64,000 nt of DNA from Candidatus Omnitrophota bacterium (GTDB taxonomy: Bacteria; Omnitrophota; Omnitrophia; Omnitrophales; Aquincolibacteriaceae). The DNA is taken from contig DAOPYQ010000008.1 of assembly GCA_035352955.1 (NCBI GenBank), positions 9,701 through 73,700 of the forward strand, given 5' to 3'. Both the position numbers and the translations under genes were made by a program. Positions 1-10,172 of the stretch are shown here, one piece after another (the stretch's first letter is position 1; every line of letters starts with the position of its first letter). Under the pieces are notes generated by a model, which ran no database searches, was not told the origin of the DNA, and saw only the letters and a program-made list of their open reading frames with translations.

Positions 1-984
1 GATTTCGAGCCCTCGAAGCGAAGCCGCCTCCCCCGCCTTGTCGCCGTCATAGACCACCGTCACCTCCTCCACAAAACGTTTCATCAACCGCACATGGTCT
101 TCGCCGAGCGCCGTTCCGAGCGTCGCGACCGCGTTTTTGAAACCGTGCTGGTAAAGCGCGAGGAAATCCATGTAGCCTTCGACCAGGATCAGGTTCGGCC
201 AATCGCGATCGATGAATTTCTTGGCAAGGTTAAGACCGAACAATTCACGCCGTTTGGAAAAGACCGGAGTTTCCGGAGAATTGAGATACTTAGGGCCTTC
301 GGCATCGCCGATCAAACGACCGCCGAACGCGATGATCTTGTTCTGGAGGTTTTGGATCGGGAAAATAAGGCGCCCGCGGAACGTATCATAGTAGTTCCCT
401 TTCGGAGATTGCTGAATGAGCGCCGCCTGTTTGAGAAACTCCTCGGAATACCCCTTTTTCTTCAGATGATCATAAAGGGTCCGCCATTCCTGCGGTGCCC
501 AACCCAGTTTAAATTCCCGGATGATCTCGTCGGAGACCTGTCGCTTCGCAAGATACGCCCGCGCCGCCGCACCCGGTTCCTTGAGGAGCAACTGGTGGTA
601 AAGTTCCGCGGCCCGTTGACAAGCTTCATACATTTTTTCTTTGATCCCGGAATCTTCCTTGGAACCCCGGCGTTCGGGCAAGGTAATGTGGGCGCGATCG
701 GCAAGAAATTTCAGCGCCTCCGGAAAGGTCATGTTCTCGTGACGCATAAGAAAGCTGAAAACATCACCGCCCGCGCCGCACCCGAAACAATGGAAGAGCT
801 GCTTTTCAGCCTGGACCATGAACGACGGGGTCTTTTCTCCGTGGAAGGGACAACAGGCCTTGAGGTGCCGACCAGAGCGTTTCAGGGGAACGTATTGGGA
901 AATGATCTCGACGATATCGTTGGCGGCGCTCACCTGCTCAACAACATTTTCTTCGTAACGCGTCGCGCCGGGTACGGAACTCAT
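1..984 (-). CDS. dnaG: DNA primase DnaG, partial (ATG at 984..982; 3' end beyond window start)
   Basis: My translation of the minus strand from 984 gives MSSVPGATRYEENVVEQVSAANDIVEIISQYVPLKRSGRHLKACCPFHGEKTPSFMVQAEKQLFHCFGCGAGGDVFSF. This matches the primase CHC2 zinc-finger motif and TOPRIM region. It is absent from the ORF track because no stop lies inside the window. The plus ORF 94..1146 is its shadow. Confidence 0.85.
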   Translation of the reverse strand, partial: MSSVPGATRYEENVVEQVSAANDIVEIISQYVPLKRSGRHLKACCPFHGEKTPSFMVQAEKQLFHCFGCGAGGDVFSFLMRHENMTFPEALKFLADRAHITLPERRGSKEDSGIKEKMYEACQRAAELYHQLLLKEPGAAARAYLAKRQVSDEIIREFKLGWAPQEWRTLYDHLKKKGYSEEFLKQAALIQQSPKGNYYDTFRGRLIFPIQNLQNKIIAFGGRLIGDAEGPKYLNSPETPVFSKRRELFGLNLAKKFIDRDWPNLILVEGYMDFLALYQHGFKNAVATLGTALGEDHVRLMKRFVEEVTVVYDGDKAGEAASLRGLEI

Positions 985-993
985 ATCGGTCCG

Positions 994-1581
994 CTAGGAT
1001 TTCGAAAGCTTGACCGTCTTCACGGATTTTTCGAAAGGCTGGGCGATCGCCTCATGAATTTGAGGAACGATCCGCGCGACCGTCTGGCCGGAAAAACTTT
1101 GCCCGGGTTTATAAACTTTCTGGAGACTTTCGATCGGAAGGAATAAAAGGAATTGGGAAATAAAACTAGCAAGAAGCACAAAATAAACCACCCCGAGCCC
1201 CATGCCCCCGAGGAATTTTAGGCTCCCGGAAACCTCAAGCCGTAAGAACTTCCCGATAATATTCACGGTCCAGGACACTGAGATCCACACAAAAACACCG
1301 AGCAGGAAAAAAGAGAACGCTTCGGACATCTCCTGAGGCATCGAAGAAATGATCCCGCGCATGGAATCCGCGGCGCTGTGATAAAAGGTCATCACGAGCA
1401 TGCTGACGAGAAGAACCGTGAACGTCTTTCCGAACATTTCACTGAACCCCTGGCGTCCCCCATGCACCAACCCCCAAAGGACCCCGAAAAGAACGATCCA
1501 ATCAAACGCCGAAAGATGCTGAAGGGCCGCAAAGGCCGCGTTCTTCTGGAGAGAATCGATCAATTGCCACAACCAATCCAT
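994..1581 (-). CDS. cvpA: CvpA-family membrane protein (colicin V production protein-like)
   Basis: About four hydrophobic helices (FDWIVLFGVLWGLVHG..., VLLVSMLVMTFY..., FFLLGVFVWISV..., GLGVVYFVLLASFISQFLLFLP). Size and topology fit CvpA. The internal ATG at 1581 is preceded by AAGGGGGAG, so I take it as the start rather than 1665. The stop lies 10 nt before dnaG. Confidence 0.55.
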   Translation of the reverse strand: MDWLWQLIDSLQKNAAFAALQHLSAFDWIVLFGVLWGLVHGGRQGFSEMFGKTFTVLLVSMLVMTFYHSAADSMRGIISSMPQEMSEAFSFFLLGVFVWISVSWTVNIIGKFLRLEVSGSLKFLGGMGLGVVYFVLLASFISQFLLFLPIESLQKVYKPGQSFSGQTVARIVPQIHEAIAQPFEKSVKTVKLSKS

Positions 1582-1598
1582 GCGCGCTCCCCCTTCTT

Positions 1599-2912
1599 TT
1601 AATCCACCGCCGTCCCGAAGACGCCGTCCTGGTAAAGTTTTTCCAAACGAAGCGTTATGATACACCCTTGGGCGGGACGTGGGTACTTAAAAAAGACTTT
1701 GAGGTAATTTGCCGCGCGGCCGTTGGAAAATTCCGCGTCTTTTTCTTTTTCCTCGCCAAGAATCCGCAGAGTTCTGCCGAAATAGCTTCCGCGAACCTCT
1801 TCCGCGATCCGTTCCGCCAGCACGATCAGCTTCCGGACGCGATCTTTCACCACCGCCGGCGGCAGACACGGCCAATCCGCCGCACGCGTCCCCTCGCGAC
1901 GGCTGTAAGGAAAAACATGGGTTTTGAGCGGCCGTACGCTCCGGAGAAGTTCCACGCTATTTTCAAACTGCTCCTCTGTCTCGCCGGGAAATCCGGCCAT
2001 CACATCGAGACTTAACGCAAAATCCGGAACCTGCGCCTGTAGCCGCCGGATCGTTTCGAGATAAAATTCGCGTGTATACGAACGATTCATCCGGCGAAGG
2101 ACTTCGTTGTCTCCGCTCTGAAGCGGGATATGAAGGTGCGGACAAAACTTCGGAATCTCCCGGAAAGCCGCCACGATCGGCGCTCCCACATCCGTAATCT
2201 CGATAGAACCTAACCGGACCCTTTCGATCCCGTCCACCTCCGCGCAAGATTCGATGACATCCCGCAACCGAATCGTGCTGCCGGCAAACCGGAAGTCCAG
2301 ACCGTACGCGCCGAGTTGAATACCGGTAAGGATGATCTCACGGTAACCAGCGTCGCGGAGCCGGAGAACTTCTTCGCGGATCTCCGAAAGCGCACGGCTC
2401 CGGGAGCTTCCGCGAACCAGCGTCACTTTGCAAAAGCTACAGACATGATTGCATCCGTCCTGGATCTTCACGTAGGCCCGGGTATGCCCCTCGGATCGGG
2501 AAACGGACAACGGCAAAAACGATCCGGGCGCAGGGGCAACGGAAACAGTGCCCCCCAACAACCGTTCCGCGAGAACAGCCTTGTCCTCGTTCGGGAAAAC
2601 GGCGTCCACTTCCGCCATCGACTCGATCTCTTTGCGATTCCTTTCCGCATAACATCCGGTCACAACAATCCGCGCGGCGGGATGTTCCCGCCGGAGACGC
2701 CGGATCCAGTATCGATTCGTCCGGTCTGAATCTTCGGTGACCGTGCAGGTATTCAGGACAACCAGGTCGCAGCGCACGCCCTTTTGCCCTTCGATATCGC
2801 ACGCGCCTTTTTTCTCCATGGCTTCCCGGATCGCCTGGGTCTCATACTGGTTGACCTTGCAACCGAGCGTATAGAACCGGACATTCGTGGTGGGGAAAAG
2901 ACCGGAAGACAT
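1599..2912 (-). CDS. Radical-SAM methylthiotransferase, MiaB/RimO/MtaB family
   Basis: N-terminal MTTase domain YTLGCKVNQYETQAI. Radical-SAM cluster CNHVCSFCKV (CxxxCxxC). C-terminal TRAM-like segment. Length 437 aa. Confidence 0.8.
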   Translation of the reverse strand: MSSGLFPTTNVRFYTLGCKVNQYETQAIREAMEKKGACDIEGQKGVRCDLVVLNTCTVTEDSDRTNRYWIRRLRREHPAARIVVTGCYAERNRKEIESMAEVDAVFPNEDKAVLAERLLGGTVSVAPAPGSFLPLSVSRSEGHTRAYVKIQDGCNHVCSFCKVTLVRGSSRSRALSEIREEVLRLRDAGYREIILTGIQLGAYGLDFRFAGSTIRLRDVIESCAEVDGIERVRLGSIEITDVGAPIVAAFREIPKFCPHLHIPLQSGDNEVLRRMNRSYTREFYLETIRRLQAQVPDFALSLDVMAGFPGETEEQFENSVELLRSVRPLKTHVFPYSRREGTRAADWPCLPPAVVKDRVRKLIVLAERIAEEVRGSYFGRTLRILGEEKEKDAEFSNGRAANYLKVFFKYPRPAQGCIITLRLEKLYQDGVFGTAVD

Positions 2913-3718
2913 CAGGAGGGGGAAAGAATTCCGGAAAAACGGAGCGCGGCAACGATCCCGACAAAAGCGGTATCAGCTCGCAAAAGCACTTCCCCAAGCC
3001 CCACAACCCAGAAATTCTTTTCCTTTCGTTTCCAACGGACCCATGCAATCTCATCGTCGGAGAATCCGCCTTCAGGCCCGATTATGATATTCAGGGCGGT
3101 CATCCTGTCCTTGAGCGGCCTAAGCCCGGAAATCCATTCGGAAAAATATAGCGCACCCGGCCCGGGATGGAAGATCGCAAGAGGTTCTCCTTCGGGAATC
3201 AGTTCCACCGCGGTTTTGAGAGGAACCGGCTCTTTAATCCGCATGATATTCAGGGCCCCAGACTGTTTGCTGGCTTCGCGCGCGATACGGCACCAACGCT
3301 CCGTCACCTTGCCGACCTTCTCGTCCCCGATCTTGATCTCACAACGGTCCGAAAAAAGCGGTCGGAACTCCCCCACCCCGAGCTCCTGGGCTTTCTCCAC
3401 GAGAAGATCCGTCTTTCCCTTCCTCAAAAGAACGGGCATCACCCGAAGGAAAATGCCGGTCCCCTCGACCGCCGTCTCCCCGGTAAAATGGGTCACCTCA
3501 AGACGGACCCGGCCGTCCTTCACAAACTCATGGATCATGGCCGTGGCCTCATGGCCCTCCCCATCCGTCACGAGGCACGTATCCCCGGCTTTCAGGCGAA
3601 TGCTGTCCCGGAGATGCTGCGTCTCGGAGGGCTCCAGCCACAGTTCCTGACCAAGCTCCCCAAGCGGGACGGCGGTGAAAAATCTTCTTAATTTTCTGTT
3701 CTGTTTTTTTTCCGGCAT
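2912..3718 (-). CDS. rsmE: 16S rRNA (uracil1498-N3)-methyltransferase RsmE
   Basis: RRFFTAVPL...LRKGKTDLLVEKAQELGV...IIGPEGGFSDDEI are RsmE hallmarks. The ATG at 3718 (MPEKKQNRKLRRFF) gives the usual ~265 aa. The track start at 3805 adds a 29 aa atypical extension. Confidence 0.75.
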   Translation of the reverse strand: MPEKKQNRKLRRFFTAVPLGELGQELWLEPSETQHLRDSIRLKAGDTCLVTDGEGHEATAMIHEFVKDGRVRLEVTHFTGETAVEGTGIFLRVMPVLLRKGKTDLLVEKAQELGVGEFRPLFSDRCEIKIGDEKVGKVTERWCRIAREASKQSGALNIMRIKEPVPLKTAVELIPEGEPLAIFHPGPGALYFSEWISGLRPLKDRMTALNIIIGPEGGFSDDEIAWVRWKRKEKNFWVVGLGEVLLRADTAFVGIVAALRFSGILSPS

Positions 3719-3829
3719 AAATTCTTTCGAATTCCCCCAAGATCCCCGGGAAAAACAAGACCCGTTGGCGAGAAAGCCAACGGGTCCCGGATCTTCATGC
3801 TGCAAATGAATAAAATCTTGAAAAAGGTC

Positions 3830-4126
3830 CTATTTTTTACCCTTATCGTCGCCTTTTTTCTTATCGTCTTTCTTATCGCCCGAACCCCCGCCCTGGGCCG
3901 CGCCTTCTTCCTTCGGCTTTTTAGTGCGAAGAACGTTCTGGGCCTGCGGTCCCTTTTCACCCTGGACGATATCGAACTCGACCTCTTCATCCGGATTCAG
4001 ACGTTTATAGCCTTCGCCCTGGATCGCGGAATAGTGAATAAAAATATCACGTTCCTCGCCTTCCTTGCGGAGAAACCCGAAACCTTTCACATTGGAAAAC
4101 CACTTCACTTTGCCCTTGTCTGCCAT
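3830..4126 (-). CDS. Cold-shock protein (CspA family) with a C-terminal Lys-rich tail
   Basis: MADKGKVKWFSNVKGFGFLR...IFIHYSAI contains the RNP1/RNP2 cold-shock motifs. The ATG at 4126 is preceded by AAGGAGGG. The C-terminal ~35 aa is KKPKEEGAAQGGGSGDKKDDKKKGDDKGKK. Confidence 0.85.
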   Translation of the reverse strand: MADKGKVKWFSNVKGFGFLRKEGEERDIFIHYSAIQGEGYKRLNPDEEVEFDIVQGEKGPQAQNVLRTKKPKEEGAAQGGGSGDKKDDKKKGDDKGKK

Positions 4127-4212
4127 ACCGCCCTCCTTGAACATCTATTTCAAACTTCCGCTCAACAAACAACCCTGTGCCGGAAAAACACAGGCACGCC
4201 CTTCTTTAAAAC

Positions 4213-4485
4213 CTATTTCACCTTAATCTTTAAAATAAGGCCCGGTTTAAAAACAACAACCTTCTTTTCCGGAACCGTTACTTCCTCGCCCGTCCTGGGA
4301 TTGCGTCCTAAACGACCGCGCCGGTTCTTCACCTTGAACACACCGAAGTTGCGAAGTTCCACGGTCTCGCCGCGCTGTAGGCTTTCGGAAATAACATCCA
4401 GAGTCTTTTGGACGATCTTTTTGACATCGATCTGGGTGAGATTGGTTTCGTTCGAGACTTTCATCACGATATCTTTTTTAGTCAA
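4213..4485 (-). CDS. hup: HU/IHF-family nucleoid DNA-binding protein
   Basis: LTKKDIVMKVSNETNLTQIDVKKIV...RNFGVFKVKNRRGRLGRNPRTGEEV is a classic HU/IHF arm. The start codon is TTG at 4485 with a perfect AAGGAGGTG 5 nt upstream. Confidence 0.85.
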   Translation of the reverse strand: MTKKDIVMKVSNETNLTQIDVKKIVQKTLDVISESLQRGETVELRNFGVFKVKNRRGRLGRNPRTGEEVTVPEKKVVVFKPGLILKIKVK

Positions 4486-4556
4486 GTCTCCACCTCCTTA
4501 TATCGAAAAAGCAACTCCACTATTACCCAACTGCTTATCCTGTTTGAAGATGCAAG

Positions 4557-4585
4557 AAAATATCAAAACATCAGAGCACTGTCAA
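4557..4585 (-). promoter_or_regulatory. Candidate sigma70-type promoter for hup
   Basis: On the minus strand: TTGACA (comp 4580..4585), a 17 nt spacer, TATTTT (comp 4557..4562). This sits ~70 nt upstream of the HU start in an AT-rich 560 bp gap. A GTAAC-N7-GTTAC palindrome lies at 4598..4614 just upstream. Confidence 0.4.
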
Positions 4586-5049
4586 GCAATTTAAGTTGTA
4601 ACTTCAATTGTTACAGGGAGTTAAAGAAAACAGGGATTTTAGACAGGAATTTTTGAAAATTTCTATTGGGAAATCAAGCAACGATCACCCACGTCGATCA
4701 TTTCGTCCTCAGGAGCCCCATTTAAGCGGCTATGGCAATCTCTAGGTTGTTTTTATAAGTCTGCTCGAGAGAACCGAGAAGGCTTCCTCAACAGTCCAGA
4801 ATTCGCCATCTTTTTTTACGCCGTCGAAATGGATCGCTTCTCCTCCAGAAATAGCCCAAAGCAGCGCCGTCACAGAAGTTTCGCTTTTCTCGCTTTTTGC
4901 TTTCGCGAACAGAACTCTTTTCCGCATCCACAGACACCGTTGCCGTCCGAATTTTTCAGGTTGTTATAAATTGATAAAAACAGCTATTTCGTGCAAAAGC
5001 AGCGGCGGGAATAAAAAACTCATGAAACCACTTCAAAAAACAGTCGGAT

Positions 5050-8000
5050 CTATGCGCGAATCTTAACGCAGTCTTCCCCCAATAGCGCTTCTAATTCCTT
5101 GAACAACGCATCGGAGGTGGTCACTTTCAGATTCTCACCTGAATCGATGATAGTCCGGCCGCCTTTGGGGTCCTGGAGGGTGAAATAAACAGGGGTCGTC
5201 CCTTTGTGACGAAAGAGGATCTTACGGACCTCCTTGAGCACTTCGGGGCCGAGACCGGCAGTCTTGAGATTGATCGCGATCATCCTCGTGAAGCGTTTGG
5301 GAACCTCTTCGAGAGGGACCACTTCGTCCGCAAGGATCTTCGGCGTGTCGTCGCGCGCATCCACTTTGCCGCGGACAAAAACAAGGGAATCCTTCTGGAT
5401 CTGGGCGAGCGCCGCCTTGTAAACGCTCGGGAACACGACTACTTCACAGGAACCGCTCAGGTCCTGAAGCGTCACAAAAGCCATCTTATCGCCCTTCTTC
5501 GTCAAGATCTCCTTGAGACTATCGATGATCCCGCCGATGGTGACTTCGGCCTGATGATTGAATTCAGAGAGCGTTTCCGTCGAAGCGGTCGCGTAATTTT
5601 TGAGAATCGTCGTAAAAGGCGCAAGCGGATGGGAGGAGACATAAAATCCGATCAGTTCACGCTCGTAGGCCAGCTTCTGGCTTTCAGGCCACTCCGGAAT
5701 ATCCGGCACGCTCGCCTGCTGATCGTGGAACGTCTCCTGGGCTCCCCCGCTTTCGAAAAAAGAAAGCTGACCGCGGCTCCGGTCCTTCTGAAGGTTCGCG
5801 CCCATGTCCAAGACCGGATCGAGCATGGCCATAAACTGGGAACGATGAAGTTTCCATTCGTCGAAAGCACCGCATTTGATAAGACTTTCCAGAACTTTCC
5901 GGTTACAGGTCCGAAGATCGACACGCTGGACAAAATCAAAGAGCGATTTAAAAGGGCCGTCCTTCATCCGCGTCGCGATGATCGACTCGATGGCCGTGGA
6001 ACCCACGTTCTTGATGGCCGCAAGCCCGAACCGGATGTGATTTCCGACACAGGTGAAATCGGAAAAACTTTCGTTCACGGCGGGCGGCAGAACATTGATC
6101 TCCATTTTTTTCGAAGCCTCGATGTACTGCACCACCTTATCGGTGTTGCCCATTTCCGAAGTGAGCAACGCCGTCATAAACTCCACCGGATAGTGGGCTT
6201 TAAGATAAGCCGTCTGGTACGAGACCGCGGCGTAGGCCGTCGAATGGGATTTATTGAACCCGTACCCGGAAAAGTAATCGATCTGGTCCCAGATCTTTTC
6301 GGCGATCTTTTCCTTAGCGCCGCGCTTCAGGGCGCCGTCCATAAAAGCCTTCTTTTCCTTGGCCATGACTTCCGGGATCTTTTTCCCGATCGCGCGGCGA
6401 AGCGAATCGGCCTGGGCGAGCGTGAAGCCCGCGAGATCGCTGACGATCCGCATCACCTGCTCCTGATAAAGAATAACGCCATACGTTTCCTTGAGGCTCG
6501 GCTCAAGCGCAGGATGATCGTACTGGATGAGCTTGGGATTGTGCATTCGCTTGATAAAATCGTCCACCATGCCGCTGCCCAGCGGCCCCGGCCGGTAAAG
6601 CGCCAAAAGCGCCACAAGATGCTCGAAACGGCTCGGTTTCATTTTTTTTAGAAGGTCCCGCATCCCCGAACTTTCAAGCTGGAAGATCCCGATAGCATCG
6701 CCTTTTGCGAGCATCTCGTAAGTTTTCGGATCGTCCTCCGGAAGATTGTGGATATCAACCGCCGTGCCGCGCATTTTCTTCACGATCTTAACCGCCTCAT
6801 CGATCACCGTAAGCGTCTTAAGGCCGAGGAAGTCCATCTTGAGAAGACCGATCTTTTCGAGATCTTTCATCGTGAACTGCGTACAGATCTGGTCCTCCGT
6901 TTTGAACAGAGGCACGTGTTCCGTCAGGTGCACGTCCGAGATCACAACACCGGCGGCATGGATCGAAGCATGGCGGGAAAGACCTTCGAGAGCTTTCGAG
7001 GTCTCGATCAGCTGCGCGATGCGGGAATCCTTCACAACCAGCTCTTTAAGCGCCGGCTCTTTTTCCAGGGCCTGATCGATCGTGATACCGAGTTCGTTGG
7101 GGATCGCCTTGGCAATACTGTCCGCCTCACCGTACGTGAGCCCCATGACGCGCCCCACGTCACGCACGACAGCCTTGGCCTTCATCGTCCCGAACGTGAT
7201 GATCTGCGCGACATTTTGTGTGCCGTACTTGCGCTTCACATAATCGATGACCTCGTCGCGGCGTTCATAGCAGAAATCGATGTCGATATCAGGCATGCTG
7301 ACGCGGTCGGGGTTAAGGAACCGCTCGAAATAAAGGTGGTGCTTGAGAGGATCGATGTCCGTGATGTGGAGCGCATAGGCGACCAGACTTCCCGCCGCAG
7401 AACCGCGGCCCGGGCCGACGGGAATGTTCTTTTCCCGGGAGAAACGGATAAAATCCCACACGATAAGAAAATAACTGATATAGCCCATCTTGGCGATCAG
7501 TGCGATCTCGAGACGGAGCCGGGCCTCGTAATCCTTGGGGATCCCTTCCGGAAATCTCCGGTTCAGATTTTCGAAGCAAAGCTCTTCCAGGTATTGCGTT
7601 TGGGTCTTCCCCTGCGGCGGCGGGAATTGCGGCAGGAAGATCTTGTGAAAATCCAGCTCGAGGTTGCAGCGCTCTGAGATCGCGATAGTGTTCTTGAGCG
7701 CCTCCGGGACGCCCCGGAAGATCCGCTGCATTTCTTCGGCGGACCGGAGGTAATACTGGTCGCCCTGATACCGCATGCGGTTCGGCTCGGCGATCTGTGA
7801 TCCGGTCCCGATGCAGATCAGCGCATCGTGGGCCATCGCCTCGTTCTGATGGATATAATGGACATCGTTGGTGGCCACAAGCCCGACCTTGAGTTCCTTG
7901 CCGAGCGCGAGCGAACCTTCAATGACTTTTTTCTCCACATCGAGCCCGTGATCCATTACTTCGAGGAAGAACCGGTCCTTGCCGAAGATCTCGCTGTATT

Positions 8001-8499
8001 CCCGCAGGACTTTCCGGGCGTCGTGCGGCTGGTCGTGATAAAGGTAATAAGGAATTTCCCCTTTGAGGCCGCCGCTCAACCCGATCAACCCTTCGGAATG
8101 TTCTTTGAGGATTTCTTTATCGATGCGCGGGCGGTAATAGAAACCTTCAACGTAGCCGATGCTCGCGAGCTTCATGAGATTCCGGTAGCCTTTTTCATTC
8201 GCGGCCAGAAGCGTAAGATGGAAGGACGCTTCCTTGATCCCGTGGGCTTGCTTTTCGAGCCGGGACCCGGGGGCAACATACGTCCCCATACCGATGATCG
8301 GTTTGATCCCCTCTTTCATGGCCTGGGAATAGAACTGGATCGCACCGAAAAGGTTGCCATTATCGGTCATGGCAAGTGAAGGAAATCGCAGTTCCTTGCT
8401 ACGGACCATCAGCGCATGGATCTTGCAGGTCGCGTCAAGAAGGCTGTACTCGGTGTGACAGTGGAGATGGACGAAATCGCTATGGGACATTGAGCTCAA
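5050..8499 (-). CDS. dnaE: DNA polymerase III alpha subunit DnaE
   Basis: PHP domain FVHLHCHTEYSLLDA, then the palm/fingers and OB regions, 1149 aa. The track start at 8499 is TTG. An ATG at 8490 (MSHSDFVHLHCHTEYS) is equally plausible. Neither has a clear SD. Confidence 0.95.
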   Translation of the reverse strand: MSSMSHSDFVHLHCHTEYSLLDATCKIHALMVRSKELRFPSLAMTDNGNLFGAIQFYSQAMKEGIKPIIGMGTYVAPGSRLEKQAHGIKEASFHLTLLAANEKGYRNLMKLASIGYVEGFYYRPRIDKEILKEHSEGLIGLSGGLKGEIPYYLYHDQPHDARKVLREYSEIFGKDRFFLEVMDHGLDVEKKVIEGSLALGKELKVGLVATNDVHYIHQNEAMAHDALICIGTGSQIAEPNRMRYQGDQYYLRSAEEMQRIFRGVPEALKNTIAISERCNLELDFHKIFLPQFPPPQGKTQTQYLEELCFENLNRRFPEGIPKDYEARLRLEIALIAKMGYISYFLIVWDFIRFSREKNIPVGPGRGSAAGSLVAYALHITDIDPLKHHLYFERFLNPDRVSMPDIDIDFCYERRDEVIDYVKRKYGTQNVAQIITFGTMKAKAVVRDVGRVMGLTYGEADSIAKAIPNELGITIDQALEKEPALKELVVKDSRIAQLIETSKALEGLSRHASIHAAGVVISDVHLTEHVPLFKTEDQICTQFTMKDLEKIGLLKMDFLGLKTLTVIDEAVKIVKKMRGTAVDIHNLPEDDPKTYEMLAKGDAIGIFQLESSGMRDLLKKMKPSRFEHLVALLALYRPGPLGSGMVDDFIKRMHNPKLIQYDHPALEPSLKETYGVILYQEQVMRIVSDLAGFTLAQADSLRRAIGKKIPEVMAKEKKAFMDGALKRGAKEKIAEKIWDQIDYFSGYGFNKSHSTAYAAVSYQTAYLKAHYPVEFMTALLTSEMGNTDKVVQYIEASKKMEINVLPPAVNESFSDFTCVGNHIRFGLAAIKNVGSTAIESIIATRMKDGPFKSLFDFVQRVDLRTCNRKVLESLIKCGAFDEWKLHRSQFMAMLDPVLDMGANLQKDRSRGQLSFFESGGAQETFHDQQASVPDIPEWPESQKLAYERELIGFYVSSHPLAPFTTILKNYATASTETLSEFNHQAEVTIGGIIDSLKEILTKKGDKMAFVTLQDLSGSCEVVVFPSVYKAALAQIQKDSLVFVRGKVDARDDTPKILADEVVPLEEVPKRFTRMIAINLKTAGLGPEVLKEVRKILFRHKGTTPVYFTLQDPKGGRTIIDSGENLKVTTSDALFKELEALLGEDCVKIRA

Positions 8500-8503
8500 A
8501 TCT

Positions 8504-8611
8504 CAAAATTCAAAAATAAAAATTACGGAGTCGCTTCGCGACATTACAAGAAACGCGTCTCTTTGAGTTTTTCGTTTTGCTTTTGAATTTTGCTTTTTAA
8601 CTTTTGAATTG
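8504..8611. repeat. AT-rich TTTTGAATT repeat cluster (one inverted, two direct copies) between guaA stop and dnaE start
   Basis: CAAAATTCAAAA (8504..8515) is the reverse complement of TTTTGAATTTTG (8581..8592). A further TTTTGAATT lies at 8602..8610. Related TTTGAATTT copies occur at ~23106 and ~23153 upstream of ubiA. Confidence 0.35.
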
Positions 8612-8615
8612 ATTA

Positions 8616-10157
8616 TTATTCCCACTCGATCGTCGCGGGAGGCTTCGAGGAGATGTCGTAACAGACGCGGTTGATACCGCGGACTTCATTGATAATGCGG
8701 TTCGAGATACGGCCGAGAAGTTCCGGGGGCAATTTCGCCCAGTCGGCCGTCATGCCGTCAAGGGACGTCACGGCGCGGACCGCCACGGCGTTCTCGTAGG
8801 TCCGCTCGTCCCCCATCACGCCAACACTCTGGACGGGAAGCAGGACCGCGAACGATTGCCATACCTTGTCATAGTAACCGGCTTTCTTGATCTCATCGAC
8901 CACAATCCAATCCGCCTTGCGGAGAAGATCGCAACGGTCCTTGCGGACCTCTCCGAGAATCCTCACCGCAAGCCCCGGCCCGGGAAACGGTTGCCGACCA
9001 ACGATATCCTTGTCGATCCCGAGCGCGTAACCGACCGCGCGAACTTCATCTTTGAAAAGTTCTTTCAACGGTTCGACGAGTTTAAATTTCATATCCTTCG
9101 GAAGCCCGCCGACATTGTGATGACTTTTGATCATGCTGGTCGGTCCGCCAAAGTAGGAAACCGATTCGATCACGTCCGGGTAAAGCGTCCCCTGAGCGAG
9201 GAACGGTACCTTGCCGAGGCTGTTGGCTTCTTTCTGAAAAACATCGATGAACGTCTTTCCGATGATCTTGCGTTTTTTCTCCGGATCGATCACTTTTTTA
9301 AGCCGGTCAAGAAAGATCTTCTCGGCATCCACGACCTTGAGGTTCATCTTGAAATGCCCGCGGAAGGTAGTCTCAACTTTGTCCGCCTCTTTATAACGCA
9401 ATAACCCGTTGTCGACAAAGATACAGTTGAGTTTTTTGCCGATAGCCTTGTGGAGAAGAACCGCAGCCACCGAAGAATCCACTCCACCGGAAAGCCCGAG
9501 CACCACGCGATCGCGGCCAACCTGCTCGCGGATCTTCCGGATGCTTTCCTTGATGAAAGATTTCGGAGTCCAGTTCTGCCGGCACCCGCAAACGCCTACC
9601 AGAAAATTTTTGAGGATGCGGGAGCCTTGTTCGGTATGAACGACCTCGGCGTGGAACTGGATCGCATAGATCTTTCGCTTGGGGTCACCCATCGCGGCGA
9701 ACGGCGCATTCTCCGTATAAGCCAGCCGTTCAAAACCATCCGGGATCTTATCGAGCTTGTCGCCGTGGCTCATCCAGCAGGTCAATTTCCTTGCGACCCC
9801 CTTGAAAAGCGGACTTTCACGCTTGGAAATATGGAGCGTTGAAAAACCGTACTCGCGTTTTTTGGATTTATGGACCCGGCCACCGAGCTTGTGGGAAAGG
9901 AGTTGCATGCCATAGCAGATCCCGAGGATAGGAACGCCGCAATAGAAGAACCGGCGGTCCGGGATCGGAGCTCCCTTGCCGTACACATTGGCCGGAGAAC
10001 CCGAAAAAATGATCCCCTTGGGCTTCTCGGCCATCACCTTCTCGAACGGCACGCTAAAGGGATACACCTTCGAAAAGACCTTGTTCTCACGAACGCGACG
10101 GGCAATGAGCTGTGTGTACTGCGATCCGAAATCCAATACAACAATGGTTTGGTCCAT
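8616..10157 (-). CDS. guaA: GMP synthase (glutamine-hydrolysing) GuaA
   Basis: [24 protein letters not shown] glutamine-amidotransferase N-terminus. [10 protein letters not shown]-loop. Conserved C-terminal PATIEWE. The ATG at 10157 is preferred over the TTG at 10181. Confidence 0.95.
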   Translation of the reverse strand: MDQTIVVLDFGSQYTQLIARRVRENKVFSKVYPFSVPFEKVMAEKPKGIIFSGSPANVYGKGAPIPDRRFFYCGVPILGICYGMQLLSHKLGGRVHKSKKREYGFSTLHISKRESPLFKGVARKLTCWMSHGDKLDKIPDGFERLAYTENAPFAAMGDPKRKIYAIQFHAEVVHTEQGSRILKNFLVGVCGCRQNWTPKSFIKESIRKIREQVGRDRVVLGLSGGVDSSVAAVLLHKAIGKKLNCIFVDNGLLRYKEADKVETTFRGHFKMNLKVVDAEKIFLDRLKKVIDPEKKRKIIGKTFIDVFQKEANSLGKVPFLAQGTLYPDVIESVSYFGGPTSMIKSHHNVGGLPKDMKFKLVEPLKELFKDEVRAVGYALGIDKDIVGRQPFPGPGLAVRILGEVRKDRCDLLRKADWIVVDEIKKAGYYDKVWQSFAVLLPVQSVGVMGDERTYENAVAVRAVTSLDGMTADWAKLPPELLGRISNRIINEVRGINRVCYDISSKPPATIEWE

Positions 10158-10172
10158 GAATGATCCTGATAC

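Noticed and set aside
94-1146. Plus-strand 350 aa ORF at the window start
   Set aside because: It overlaps the clear minus-strand dnaG frame. The product has no recognisable motifs and looks like a typical high-GC antisense shadow ORF.
4598-4614. GTAAC-N7-GTTAC palindrome as a LexA/SOS box
   Set aside because: It does not match any LexA consensus I know (CTGT-N8-ACAG, GAAC-N4-GTTC, GTTC-N7-GTTC). I kept it only as an unassigned operator-like palindrome.
5206-8379. Plus-strand ORFs of 481, 309 and 183 aa inside dnaE
   Set aside because: They are antisense to an unambiguous 1149 aa DnaE. The products are Arg/His-rich with no motifs.
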